Assembly: GCA_002269645.1 (NCBI GenBank)
Contig: NIVC01000767.1
Span: forward strand, 62,001-126,000
DNA length: 64,000 nucleotides
Direction of reading: 5' to 3'
Source: Macrostomum lignano
Lineage: Eukaryota
This document shows positions 11,331 to 22,200 of this stretch, in pieces. The translations under genes were made by a program, and so were the position numbers. The notes under the pieces are model-generated. The model did not search any database, had not been told where the DNA came from, and saw nothing but the letters and a program-made list of their open reading frames with translations. Positions within the stretch are counted from its first letter, which is position 1. Each line of letters opens with the position of its first letter.

Positions 11331-13310
11331 CCAAACTTGAGTGATCAAGGAAGTCTCAAAATAGTCACTTTTTTATCCTCGGCATGGCCCAGCCAATAGT
11401 CTATGGCCGTCATTTAACTGGCCGGGCCAAAAAAAGTAATTTCTTCGACCGGGCCATTAAACGGCCTTTGGAAAATTTCAAATAAGGGTAAGAAAACTTA
11501 TATATTGGTTTATTATCGAATAACGCAAAACATACTGAACTGTTTTTAATAAACATGGCAAAACAACAAGACCTCAACAGCTGGCAGATACACTCGTACC
11601 TCACAAGAATTGCTACACGAAACTCTCAAGTCTACACGATATTCATTAGTCGAAATAGATCACTACCTTGTTGTTGACTCCGTCAGCTTCTATTCTCATT
11701 CTCTTCTTTTCGGTTCCGGAACAGAAATTCCAACCTTCTCTAGCGCGACGACAGCCGTTTCCTTGGCGTCAGGAGCCACCAGGAGCGACTCTGGACCGTC
11801 CGCAGCCAGATCCACAGCCAGAACAGCTTCATTGACATCGGAACTCTTGCCCGTCGAATTCCCGGCAATGATGGCACTAGTACGACGTTGCACGCCAACA
11901 GACATGCCAATGTAGCGTTCAATGGCGCTGCTACTGTGACCTGTGATACGAATGTTTTTTCAATAAAAGAAAAAATGTTTAATATAAGATAATATTTTAA
12001 TGTAAGAAAAGTAAAACTTTATGACCTGTGATCCAACAAATGTCCGCGCGTTCAATTCCAGCGTCGTGTAATCGGGTAGCAGTTGTCTTCTGCAAGCTTT
12101 GGTTGGTGTACCGTCCAGAATCTTCCGGCGCCACCTTAGACGTCAATTTGGACACCAGTCCGGCCAAAGAATGTCGACCCATCGGCGTTTTCGTGAACCA
12201 TCCACCAGACTTTCCCGGCGCCCAGAACCGATTGGGCGACAAAAAGAGCGCTTGGTCAGAGTCCTCAGGTCGCTTTGCGATGTAAGCCTTGTAGACACAC
12301 ACGATACATCGCTCATGGCTATCAGAATTGAATGCACGGACGACCTTTGGATCCCGTCGCAACTCCTTCAGTCCGCCCTGGTGCGTCTTCGTCACAGAAT
12401 TGTTCACGTACTTTAGACACTCGCTCCCATCGACGCAATCCAGTCGAATCTGCTTCTCAAATTGCAAATCTCTGAGCTCGGAACCACCACGCAAAGCAAA
12501 ATGCTTGCCAACAAGCCACACAATCTCCAAGAAGTTCGGAGCCCCAGAGGCGGTCCTCGACAGAACACGGAATGGCTTCAGCTCGACGGAGTCCGGCACA
12601 TTTTCCATCCCTCGTTGAGAGCTTCATTGAAGCATCCAATGCTCGTCGACTCTCGCTAAATTCCGGTTCCTTCCAGAAACTCCAATCCTTCTTTAAGGTG
12701 TTTTGAAAGTAGTACTGGATCATAGAAAACAGGTCTTTTAACGTCGACGCGGTGTATCATTCACCTTCGTGGGTTCTCACTTCAAATACAAAAAACTTGA
12801 GCAGGTAGTTCAGATCGCCTTTGCTCATTTCTTCGCAACTCTTAATCACCATCAGGCCAGTTGTAGTTCCATCAGCCCAAGCAGTCTTCTTAGCCTCGTG
12901 CCATGCAGTAAAGACGCTCATAGCCCAATCGGCCTTTTTCCTCGTTGACGCAGGTGCACTTGCCAACAGCTCTCTCTCAATGTCTTCATTTGTGATCATC
13001 TTGAAGCGTTGGACTCCTCCGTTCTTCTCTTCGTAGAAGTCGAGCAGCTCCTCAGAAATAAAAAACTCCGACGGGTTTTGAGAAGCTCTATTTTCCATAT
13101 CAATTGATTCAGTTTATTAATTGATTGATTTCGCCTTGCAGAATATCTTCACGGCCATATACACATTTTGGGGAGGGTCCCAGGCTGAACTATGCTCAAG
13201 ATTAAATACGATACTGCCCCCCAAAAACTGCGCCTCGGCCAAAAACGAGTCCTCAGCCAACTTCATGGCCAAAGAAACGTTTTGGGGGGTATTATCTTAT
13301 ACGTAAATCA
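11331..13310 (-). mobile_element. Crypton B (YR DNA transposon) nested between the pol end and the PPT; boundaries approximate
   Basis: Removing ~11330-13310 rebuilds a typical gypsy pol end (RRSTRQAKQAK-RLKL) directly upstream of the PPT. The segment contains a Crypton YR gene. Confidence 0.65.
11696..13098 (-). pseudogene. Crypton B tyrosine recombinase (DUF3504/ZMYM-type), with one intron, one premature stop and one frameshift
   Basis: Segments STRKKADWAMSVF..W, FFVFEVRTHEGE*YTASTL, LDASMK, EDRLWGSELLG, HFALRGGSELRDL, FTKTPMGRHSL, YTNQSLQKTTATRL. After an 85-nt GT-AG intron (11941-12025) the frame reads ITGHSSSAIERY (GH...Y). Stop at 12757-12759, frameshift near 12520. Confidence 0.85.
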
Positions 13311-16200
13311 CTCTTTGCTTGCTTGGCTTGCCGCGTGCTGCGCCGTGGCAATTCCTGTATAGCTGGCTTAAACGTATGGTCCACTCGGACTGACTCAGAC
13401 TCAGAATCCATTTGCAGTTCCGAAATGCCATCGTCATCGTGCACATGCTTTCCACCAGGGTTGCCATCGTTTTTACGCATCATTGGGTTTCCAATGCTGA
13501 CATCCTTGTTCGAATCTCATTGATCGTCTCCCTGAGACTTCGGGTCTGAGCTTGTTCGTTGAAGCTGATCTCTGTGCACTTTCTGGAATCTTCCGTCTTC
13601 CAGCTTGACAATTGCGGTATTCCTTCCCAATGGATTGATCAGCCTGGCCTCGTGTGTTGACTTCTCCGTCTTGTACACTACGGTTTCACCAGGACTCCAT
13701 CCAGCTGCTGACATCAAAGGTACACGCAGTTTTCTTCCCATCAGTAATTCTGCTAGAATAGAAGGTACCTGTCGATTGCGGCTTGGGAAAATCTATTTGC
13801 ACTGACAGCTTTTTTATTGTACGAACAAATCGCTCAGTCAGACCGTTGCTAGCTGGGTGGTATGCTGGGGTCGTTACATGATCTCACCCGATTTGAGTCA
13901 ACCAACCTTGTGTCTCTTGGCTAACAAAGCTTGATCCATTGTCGGACACCAGGACTCTCGGTACCCCTAGCTGGGAGAATGTTCTTCTCAACCTCGAGAT
14001 CACCGTAGCGGATGTCATGTCCCGTGTCACGTGCACCTCTGGATAGTTCGAATGAGAATCAACCATGACGAGCAAATTATTGTCCTTCTATCGGACCCGC
14101 AAAATCGATGTGAATTCGATCCCAGGGGCCTTGTGGTGCTTGCCATGAAGTTCGGAAATTTCGATTTAGAGGCTTCGCCTTCTTGCATGTCAGACAACAA
14201 CCAACTACACGCTCTACCGCCTTATCGACACCTGGCCACCAGAAGTACTCGCGCAATAGAGACTTAGTGCGTGTCATGCCTAGGTGTACACCGTGAGCTG
14301 CGTTCACTGCTTTATCTTGAAGTGCAACTGGCAACACTATCTTGGACCCACGAAGCACCAAGTCTCCCTCAGTTGATAGTTCTCCAGCCAGTGGTTTGTA
14401 GCTACCCATCTCACTGTTCTAGAACTGTCCAGTTTGAATTGCCTCTCGGAGAGTTCGCAGTTCGTGGCACTTCCTGGGCCAAAACCGAAAATCGGTCAGC
14501 TTGAGCAGATGACTTTCTGAAAGATGGATTGCACCAGTCGCGTGAGTTGGAGCCTCCATCGAAGCGTTTACAAACCTAGATAGTGCATCAGATCGCATCT
14601 CCACCAACTTCCGATATGTTATGCTGTAGTCGTAGCCGGACAGTAAAATAGCCCATCTTTGCAGGCGCGCCGAAACCCTTTCTGGTAGCTGACTAGAGGG
14701 TCCGAACACGAAGGTCAGAGGACGGTGGTCAGTTACTAGCGAGAATTCTCTGCCACAAAGAAACCGGTGACATCGTCGAATGCCCCAGACAATCGCCAAT
14801 GCTTCGCGTTCGATCTGTGAATATTCTCTTTTGCGCCGGTGACAACAACTTGCTAATGAAGATTATGGGTCTGCCTTCCTGAGAGAGCACGCCACCAATG
14901 GCCACCTGCGAAGCGTCACATTCGATTTCCACTGTTTTCTTCGGATCGTACGAATGCAACATAGACTCAGTCGACAGTGCCATCTTGATCTTATTGAAAG
15001 CTTGTTCGTGCTTGTCTGTCTAAGTGAACTCGGCTCCTCTGCGTCTAAGCTGTGACAGGGGCTCAATGAGTTCTGCGAGGTTGCGAATAAATTTACCGCA
15101 GAAATTAACGAGGCCAAGAAACGATTCCTATTCCGGTAGATTTTTAGGGGCTGACATCTCCCTTAACGCGTGCACCTTCTCTTAATCTGGCTTCACTGTC
15201 CCTGACTCGAGAATGTGACCCAGAAAGCGGACCCGAGTCTGCATTATCTAACATTTTTCCTCGTTTGCTGTCAAGTTGTGCTTGGCCAACCGTGCTCTAA
15301 CTTCGGCTTCTCTGTCTCTGAGGTCTTCTTTGGTCACGCCGCCAATGAGAATATCATCGACATATGCTACTGGTCCAGAAATTCCTTGAATCACTTCTAC
15401 AATGTAACGTTGGAAAATACTGGGGGCAGTCTTTAACCCAAAGACTAGACGGTTGTATCTGAAGTTCCCGAATGGTGTAGACATCACAGTGATATCCTTG
15501 GAAGAGTCGTCTAGGTGCACCTGGTTATATGCTTTCTCGAGATCCAGAATCGTGTAGTATTTGCAATTTGTCACTGCTGCGAATGCTTCTTCAACTGTCG
15601 GCAACGGGTAGCTATCCCGCTGTAGCTGTGGATTGACTGTCGTCTTATAGTCGACACAGATCCTGAGACCGCCATTGGGTTCTTGCACAGTCACAATGGG
15701 TGACGCCCACTGCGAAAAGCTAACTTGCTCGATCACTCCGTCAGTCACAAGCTTGTCGATCTCGCATTTCAGACGCTCGCGCAATGCGAATGGCACAGGC
15801 CTCGCTTTGATGTACTTGGGCACTGCGCCATCGACTAATCGTAAGCTTGCCTTGAACGGAACTGAATCTTTCATCTCTGTATGTCCAATAGAGACGCATT
15901 CCGGATTGAGTTTGATGACATCTCGTCCGAGCAATGCAAAGTTGCGGTTTGAGCGGACTACTTGAAACGTAATCTTGATGTTTCTTCCTTTCCATTCCGT
16001 GACGACAGGCAATGAACCCAACTGGTCGAATTTTTGTTCGTCGGTGTAGCCCACCAAAGTCGAGGTGCTACCTTGCAACTTGGCTTTCCAAATTTACACC
16101 ACAGCTTGCTGGACAGAACTGAAACCGAAGCTCCCGTGTCAATCTGAAAGATTATGGATTGCATTTTGCCTTCTACTTGACATGCCAGCTTCACTGTAGA
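13292..16200 (-). pseudogene. Gypsy pol (protease, RT, RNase H, integrase), frameshifted
   Basis: PR IDTGAS (~16130). RT 15248-16078 with RICVDYK and YVDDIL. RH ECDASQVAIGGVL and TDHRPL (14419-14983). IN zinc finger H..HLG..C..C, PWDRIHIDFAGP and DNG (13884-14409), C-terminal tail to ~13292. Confidence 0.9.
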
Positions 16201-16318
16201 GCACGACGCTTCTCTGCCAGTGTCAGTGTGCAAAATGTCTCTTTTTGCAGAATCCTCAGCCACAAAGTTCTGTTGACTGGATATGCTTGACCGACATGCC
16301 TTTTGAAAGTGGTTTGGC

Positions 16319-17143
16319 TTACCAGGTTTGGTTTGGCTTGCAGGTTTTTCCCATAGCCGGACATGCTGTCTTTGGATGCTGGTTGCCACCACAACGAGGG
16401 CACTTCTTGTCTCCTCTGGGTGGGATCGGCCTAGACAGTTTTGGCTTTGAGCTGCCGATTTTCATGACCGTCCCTTTCGCTTTTGATGCCGTCGCTGACG
16501 CATACGCCTCGGCTTCCGCCACAGCAGCCTTGAAGGTTAGCTCCTCAAAATCTCGGATTAGCAGCTTTGCTATGATGACTTTGTCATTCAGTCCGCAGAT
16601 GAATTGGTCCCGGAGCCGTTCCTCGTTGTTGCTAAATGCACATTTATCCGACGCTTTGAGCAGCCTCTCAGCGAATGCTCGAATGCCCTCTTTTGCGTCC
16701 TTCTTGGCATTTTGAAAGGCGTACCATTCAGACAGGACATATGTTTTAGGCACCAGGATCTCCTTCAGCGCCTTGTTGAGCTCTTCGAAAGACATTGTGC
16801 TCGGTAATGTACACAGAGCCAGATGATCCGCCAGAGTGTCGTACAGACCAGCAGACAGACGCATGAGCAAAATCTGCGCCTTTTCTTCTTCTCCCCATTT
16901 GCAGAGATTGGCCGTAACTGTGAAGCGTTCCATCCATCGTGGAAGCGACTTTCCTTCCTCCAGCTTCTCAATGTCGATCATGTTGAGCATGTTGTTTCCT
17001 ATCATTGGCTGGTGGAATTGTGCAGTTTGGCCGATTCCTTCCAGACTCGAAGGCAGTGGCACTTTGCCATCCTTAGTTACCGTCTTTGCTGCAGACTTCA
17101 CTGGCGATGCCATTTTCTCTGCTGCCGGTGTTGGTGGTGCCAT
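16319..17143 (-). CDS. Gypsy gag with CCHC zinc knuckle
   Basis: ATG at 17143, just after the PBS. Motifs WMERF, ERLRDQFICGL and CPRCGGNQHPKTAC. A second knuckle (GKPNHFQKAC) is shifted into another frame by a small duplication. Confidence 0.85.
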   Translation of the reverse strand: MAPPTPAAEKMASPVKSAAKTVTKDGKVPLPSSLEGIGQTAQFHQPMIGNNMLNMIDIEKLEEGKSLPRWMERFTVTANLCKWGEEEKAQILLMRLSAGLYDTLADHLALCTLPSTMSFEELNKALKEILVPKTYVLSEWYAFQNAKKDAKEGIRAFAERLLKASDKCAFSNNEERLRDQFICGLNDKVIIAKLLIRDFEELTFKAAVAEAEAYASATASKAKGTVMKIGSSKPKLSRPIPPRGDKKCPRCGGNQHPKTACPAMGKTCKPNQTW

Positions 17144-17160
17144 CCTGCTTGCGATGCCAC

Positions 17161-17368
17161 TGTTGTGTCTTCTGTTTTTTAATGACAAATCAAATGAGCA
17201 AGTCTGAAACTTAAAATGTTAAATTAACCAGCCGTTCTTCGACTCTTGTCTTATTATTTATTTCTGCAAGCCTAGCTTGCTCTTGTTACGCGTAGATCGC
17301 TAAAGCGTACGGTGCGCTGGGAAGCAAATCATTTTGTTTATGGTTCGGCTTGGCTTATAGCCACAGCA
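17161..17368 (-). repeat. 5' LTR (208 bp), followed by PBS-like TGGCATCGC (17159-17151)
   Basis: Minus strand TGCTGTGG...ACACAACA; matches the 3' LTR at both ends. Confidence 0.9.
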
Positions 17369-17839
17369 GTATCTGCGAGGTCTTACTAGGTCACCTTCCT
17401 CGATGGGTGGATATTGTCTTCTGACAGAACCAGATCCAATATACTCTCGTACTTTGACAAGCAGCATTCGATTTGCAGCAGCAAATTCTTCTCTAGAAAT
17501 TATGTTGACAGAGCGCTTGAGAACCAAGCAGAAATATCTCTGAATGCCGGCATGCATGCAAACCAAGGAAGCAGGTGAGTAAACTTCACCGTCAACTTTC
17601 TTCAAAGAGAAGTAATAAAGTCCTAGAAACTCGTTTAGGATGGTCTCCGACATTGTCACAGGCGAAACTTCAGTTTGTCTTCCTAGAAACTCCACGAACG
17701 CTTTACCATGCTGGAAAATCTGTTCTCGCGTAGTCTTGGCTAGCAAGTCGATTTCAACGCGATCTAGATCGATAATCGGCAGAACAGCATCTTCTGGTAG
17801 ATCGGGTAGAGTAGTGTTCAGTAGCAACTGGGTCATCAT
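17369..17839 (-). pseudogene. Crypton A tyrosine recombinase, N-terminal half
   Basis: LNEFLGLYYFSLKKVDGEVYSPASLVCMHAGIQRYF...NIISREEFAAANRML...YPPIEEGDL..RRY continues across the TSD into FDRSTTE-RLQDEV at 11082. Confidence 0.8.
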
Positions 17840-18268
17840 TGGTTGGATCTATATAGGTAGTGAATAAAACTCATTAGATCAGCGTCATCAGCGTGGTCTT
17901 TTGCACTCAACATAGAAAGAAAATGCATTTCGTTGGCAGACACCGTTAAGGGAGTCGGTTGGCAAGTTTTTCCAATTTATTAGATGCGTTCTAAAGAAGA
18001 GTAGACAGTGTTCAACCAAATCAAGCTTATAAAAATCGAACCAAAGCCCTATGCGTTCTTCTCCTTTTTTCACCCCATAGTCTATAGCACAGTTGTAGCG
18101 GCCTGATGTATGTCTATGGCCAAAATCTGCGCAGTCTGGAACGTTTCTGATTTGCAGAGGCATCGTTAAACAAACATCGTTAAACAATCGGTATTAAACA
18201 ACGCTTCAGCGTTAAACAATGCTTCTAGTCGAGTACGCTAAACGATATAGTAACAATAAGCTAATTCA

Positions 18269-18383
18269 TATGGTACTAGAGGTAAACAATAAACAAAATC
18301 ACGAGTGGCCCTACTTCAAGGCAGACAAGCAGTGGCTACGCCACTCGTGATTTTTCTTATTGTTTACTTCTTATAGTACCATA
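18269..18383. repeat. ~115-bp imperfect hairpin upstream of Crypton A
   Basis: TATGGTACTA..GGTAAACAATAA..AAAATCACGAGTGGC (18269-18309) pairs with GCCACTCGTGATTTTT..TTATTGTTTAC..TAGTACCATA (18340-18383). Confidence 0.75.
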
Positions 18384-19229
18384 CGAATATTCTACCATTG
18401 CTTGTCTATCTGTTGAATTAGGTTCTTCGATCGGGAGCTATTTTACTGTGTTTTTTATTTCACACCTCACTACATAGGAAAGCAAAGGTTTGCGCTGGAT
18501 CAGACAGGTGAAAGTATATCTGGTACATATACCTGTGATTTATTGCGAGCAACGTGTTATCTAAAGCTGTTCCCTAGCTGAGAGGGTCTGGCTTGCCTCG
18601 GCCAATCACTGCACTCGAATGCTTCATTGGCCTGCTGTAATACTCGTATATACATGTATTTCTTTCTAGCCCATATCGCAGCGCTTCGGTTTGCTTGTGT
18701 TAGCTGCTAAGAAAACATTTCGTAAAAGTATAGTTGAACCCGCGGCTTCGAACTGCAAAGTCATCATGGTACTCTTGGATGAGGCTGTTCGCGAGATCTG
18801 CCGTCAGGGCCTGTTCTGCAAGATGACCTCCGGGGAGCTGATGTGTAAGGAGGAATATTGCTGATATCTGAAATTTTTGGCAGCTATGCTTTGTAAAACT
18901 CAAGAAACTTTGTCGCCGAAAGACAGAATCTTTCACAATATCGAAATTTCGCATGGTCGATAATAGCATAATGATGCAATTTTTCACATGACAGACCTGC
19001 GCGGTCCCTTCATCGCGATAAATTTCAACCTCGAAAGCTGGCAATTTTCAAAAAATACTATAATTTGCTAGTCGTATTGAAAACTTGATACTGTAGAGTC
19101 TTGAAACTCAAATTCTGTTGCTAATATTAAGTACACGGCTATGCGCATTGAACACTCAAATACTCAAAACCTCGATTCGCAGCGACACGGGAGGAGCGAA
19201 CCCTCACCGTCCAGCATCCGATCGTGCTG

Positions 19230-22200
19230 ATGGCCCACTGCCTCTGGTGCGGCTCGTCTGCGATTAACGAAGCGTAAGTTGAGCTCAAGTCCCTGCCTCA
19301 GAGATTGCATTGGTGATACTTGTGTAGCTTTACTTGTACGTACGTGTGCAGTTTTACCAACATCAACCAAACCAAATTAATGCGGTCCAGTTCCTTTACT
19401 AAACACGATGATCAGATGGTCAAGTTCCTTGAAACAACGCTAGGGTGCAGTAGAGTCTCTCATTTACAGTGATGCAGTCCCAGTTTCTAAACGAGCCACT
19501 ATAAACACAATGACTTCAGTCCAGTTTCTTATTGGAAACAAAATAATAAAGTCCAATAGACCACTGATGCCATCCAAATCACTGAATGAAGCACTGAACA
19601 CATGATGCGGTCCAGTTCCTAAATGGACCAGTGAACACAATGATGCGGTCCGGTTCCTAAAAGCACCACGGCCAACACAATGATGCGGTCCAGTTCCTAA
19701 ATAAACCACGGAACACAATGATGCGGTCCAGTTCCTAAATAAACCACGGAACACAATGATGCGGTCAGTTCCTAAATGAAACACTGAACACAATGATGCG
19801 GTCCAGTTCCTAAATGAAACACTGAACACAATGATCGGTCCAGTTCCTAAATGGACTAGTGAACACAATGATGCGGTCCAGTTCCTAAAAGCACCACGGC
19901 CAACACAATGATGCGGTCCAGTTCCTAAATGAAACACTGAACACAATGATGCGGTCCAGTTCCTAAATGAAACACTGAACACAATGATGCGGTCCAGTTC
20001 CTAAATGAAACACTGAACACAATGATGCGGTCCAGTTTCTATCTTTCCATCCCTCAGATCCAGCTGCTTCAGCCACATCCTGTCCAACCTGAACAGCTCG
20101 GGTCCAGTTTCTCAACTGTCGCACCCGTCGTCAAAGTCGACGCAACCGCAGCTGCAGGCCAAGGCGGCGCTGCAACAGCCGCAGTTGCAGCAGTCGAATT
20201 TAAGCCATCCCGACGATGGCGTCAAAGTCACAGCCGCCGTAGGCGAGGCCGTTGCTCTCAACTGCCTGCTGATCGCAGTCGGCCTCGTGAGCAATCTGCT
20301 CGTGTCCGGGATGCTCATCCGTAGGCGCCAGTTCGCCAACGTGACCAACCTGTTCGTGCTTGGCCTGTCCCTGTCGGACGTCCTCATCTGCGGCCTGCTG
20401 ATGCCTTCGCTGATGTACTACGACCTGTCCAGACGGGGCTATATCTCGGCCAGCCCGCCCGGCCGGCTCTACTGCCAGTTGCTGCTCACCTCGCTAAACG
20501 TGCCGATCTACGCCAGCTGCCTCATCATCCTGTGGATCGCGGTGGATCGGCACCGCCTCATTTGCCAGCCGCATCGTCGCCGGATGTCCCGGTCGGTGGC
20601 CGTCGGCCTCCTGTTGCTGACCGGCTTGATCAGCGCGCTCGTCCACTCGCCGACTGTGGCGTTCAACGCGCCGCCAGACGGCCGACGGAGCCAGTTCTGC
20701 ACTGAGCAGTGGCCAGACAAGCGGCTGCGGCTGGCCTACTCGATCGGCGCCTTCTGCCTGCAGTTCTGCACTCCGCTGCTCGTCACCGGGGCGCTGTACA
20801 GCCGCATCTACCGCCGCCTGCAGGTCCGGGCGGCCAACCGGCAGCGCAGGGAGACCCGGCGGAAGCGGCGCACCAATCGAATCCTCGTTGCCATAGTGAT
20901 CAGCTTCGCCATCTTCTGGAGTCCCTGGTCGGTGTTCAACGTGGTGTCAGAGATCGAGCAGTTCAAGAGGCGGGCCGATCCGGTCGAAGTGGCCGCCTTC
21001 TTGGATTGCGTCAACATGACCCAGCCGTGGGACACCGTCAATGAGAACCTGCGGACTCTCTTCGACTCTTACAGTGAGTCTTTGGGTTGTACTCGGACAG
21101 TGAGAGTCTGTGGGTTGTACTCGGACAGTGAGAGTCTGTGGGTTGTACTCGGACAGTGAAAGTCTGTGGGTTGTACTCGGACAGTGAAAGTCTGTGGGTT
21201 GTACTCGGACAGTGAAAGTCTGTGGGTTGTACTCGGACAGTGAAAGTCTGTGGGTTGCACTCGGACAGTGAAAGTCTGTGGGTTGCACTCGGACAGTGAG
21301 AGTCTGTGGGTTGTACTCGGACAGTGAAAGTCTGTGGGTTGCACTCGGACAGTGAGAGTCTGTGGGTTGTACTCGGACAGTGAGAGTCTGTGGGTTGTAC
21401 TCGGACAGTGAAAGTCTGTGGGTTGTACTCGGACAGTGAAAGTCTGTGGGTTGTACTCGGACAGTGAAAGTCTGTGGGTTGTACTCGGACAGTGAAAGTC
21501 TGTGGGTTGCACTCGGACAGTGAAAGTCTGTGGGTTGCACTCGGACAGTGAAAGTCTGTGGGTTGTACTCGGACAGTGAAAGTCTGTGGGTTGCACTCGG
21601 ACAGTGAGAGTCTGTGGGTTGCACTCGAACAGTGAAAGTCTGTGGGTTGTACTCGGACAGTGAGAGTCTGTGGGTTGTACTCGGACAGTGAAAGTCTGTG
21701 AATTGTACTCGGACAGTGAAAGTCTGTGAATTGTACTCGGACAGTGAAAGTCTGTGGGTTGTACTCGGACAGTGAAAGTCTGTGAATTGTACTCGGACAG
21801 TCTGTGGCTTGGCTTGTTAGACTCGGACAGCGATGTTTTGTGAGATTGGTTTTGACTCGGATAATGGTGCGTACACCTGAACAGCTCAGGTACATTTGAC
21901 ACTTCGTAGTGTCTGCTTGGCTTTTACTCGTGTTTTTTTCAAATTTTTTTCATGTTTGCTAGGCTTCGAACTTGTGGAAACAGTGATTGGACGAAATGGA
22001 GAAGTCTACTGGGGAGTTTTGTTGTTCCAGTGCAAGCAACCGCCAGAAGGCATCGACAAAGTGGAGCTAGCATTAACTGGGTTGGGGCAGCCACCTCTTA
22101 TAAATGATTTAACGAGTTCTTTTTCGCTGACTTCATCCCAGATTCCGCCTCCTCCTCACTAAGCTTGGCCCCCAACCAAGCAGCTCCATCTTTTATTGGC

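Larger units (their letters stand above)
11088..17368 (-). mobile_element. Complete but decayed Ty3/gypsy (Mag-like) LTR retrotransposon with 5-bp TSD GTATC
   Basis: TG...CA LTRs at 17161-17368 (5') and 11088-11291 (3'). TSD GTATC at 11083-11087 and 17369-17373. PBS-like TGGCATCGC next to the 5' LTR, PPT next to the 3' LTR. Domain order gag-PR-RT-RH-IN. Confidence 0.93.

Noticed and set aside
11983-13301. 12-bp inverted match TATAAGATAATA (11983-11994) vs 13290-13301 as Crypton B TIRs
   Set aside because: The left copy sits in the AT-rich intron in the middle of the YR gene. A 12-bp AT-rich match is plausibly chance.
11088-17368. DIRS/Ngaro-type YR retrotransposon (RT plus tyrosine recombinase)
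   Set aside because: The element has a DDE integrase, direct TG-CA LTRs, PBS/PPT and a 5-bp TSD, all gypsy features. The YR is Crypton-type and contains an intron.
18700-19044. 114-aa minus-strand ORF upstream of the GPCR
   Set aside because: No motif, no splice partners, ordinary composition.
19600-20037. CRISPR-like array (constant core plus variable spacers), also 24420-24927 and 57665-58292
   Set aside because: Spacers are short, recurrent and related to each other, there are no cas genes, and the context is spliced eukaryotic genes. These are minisatellites.
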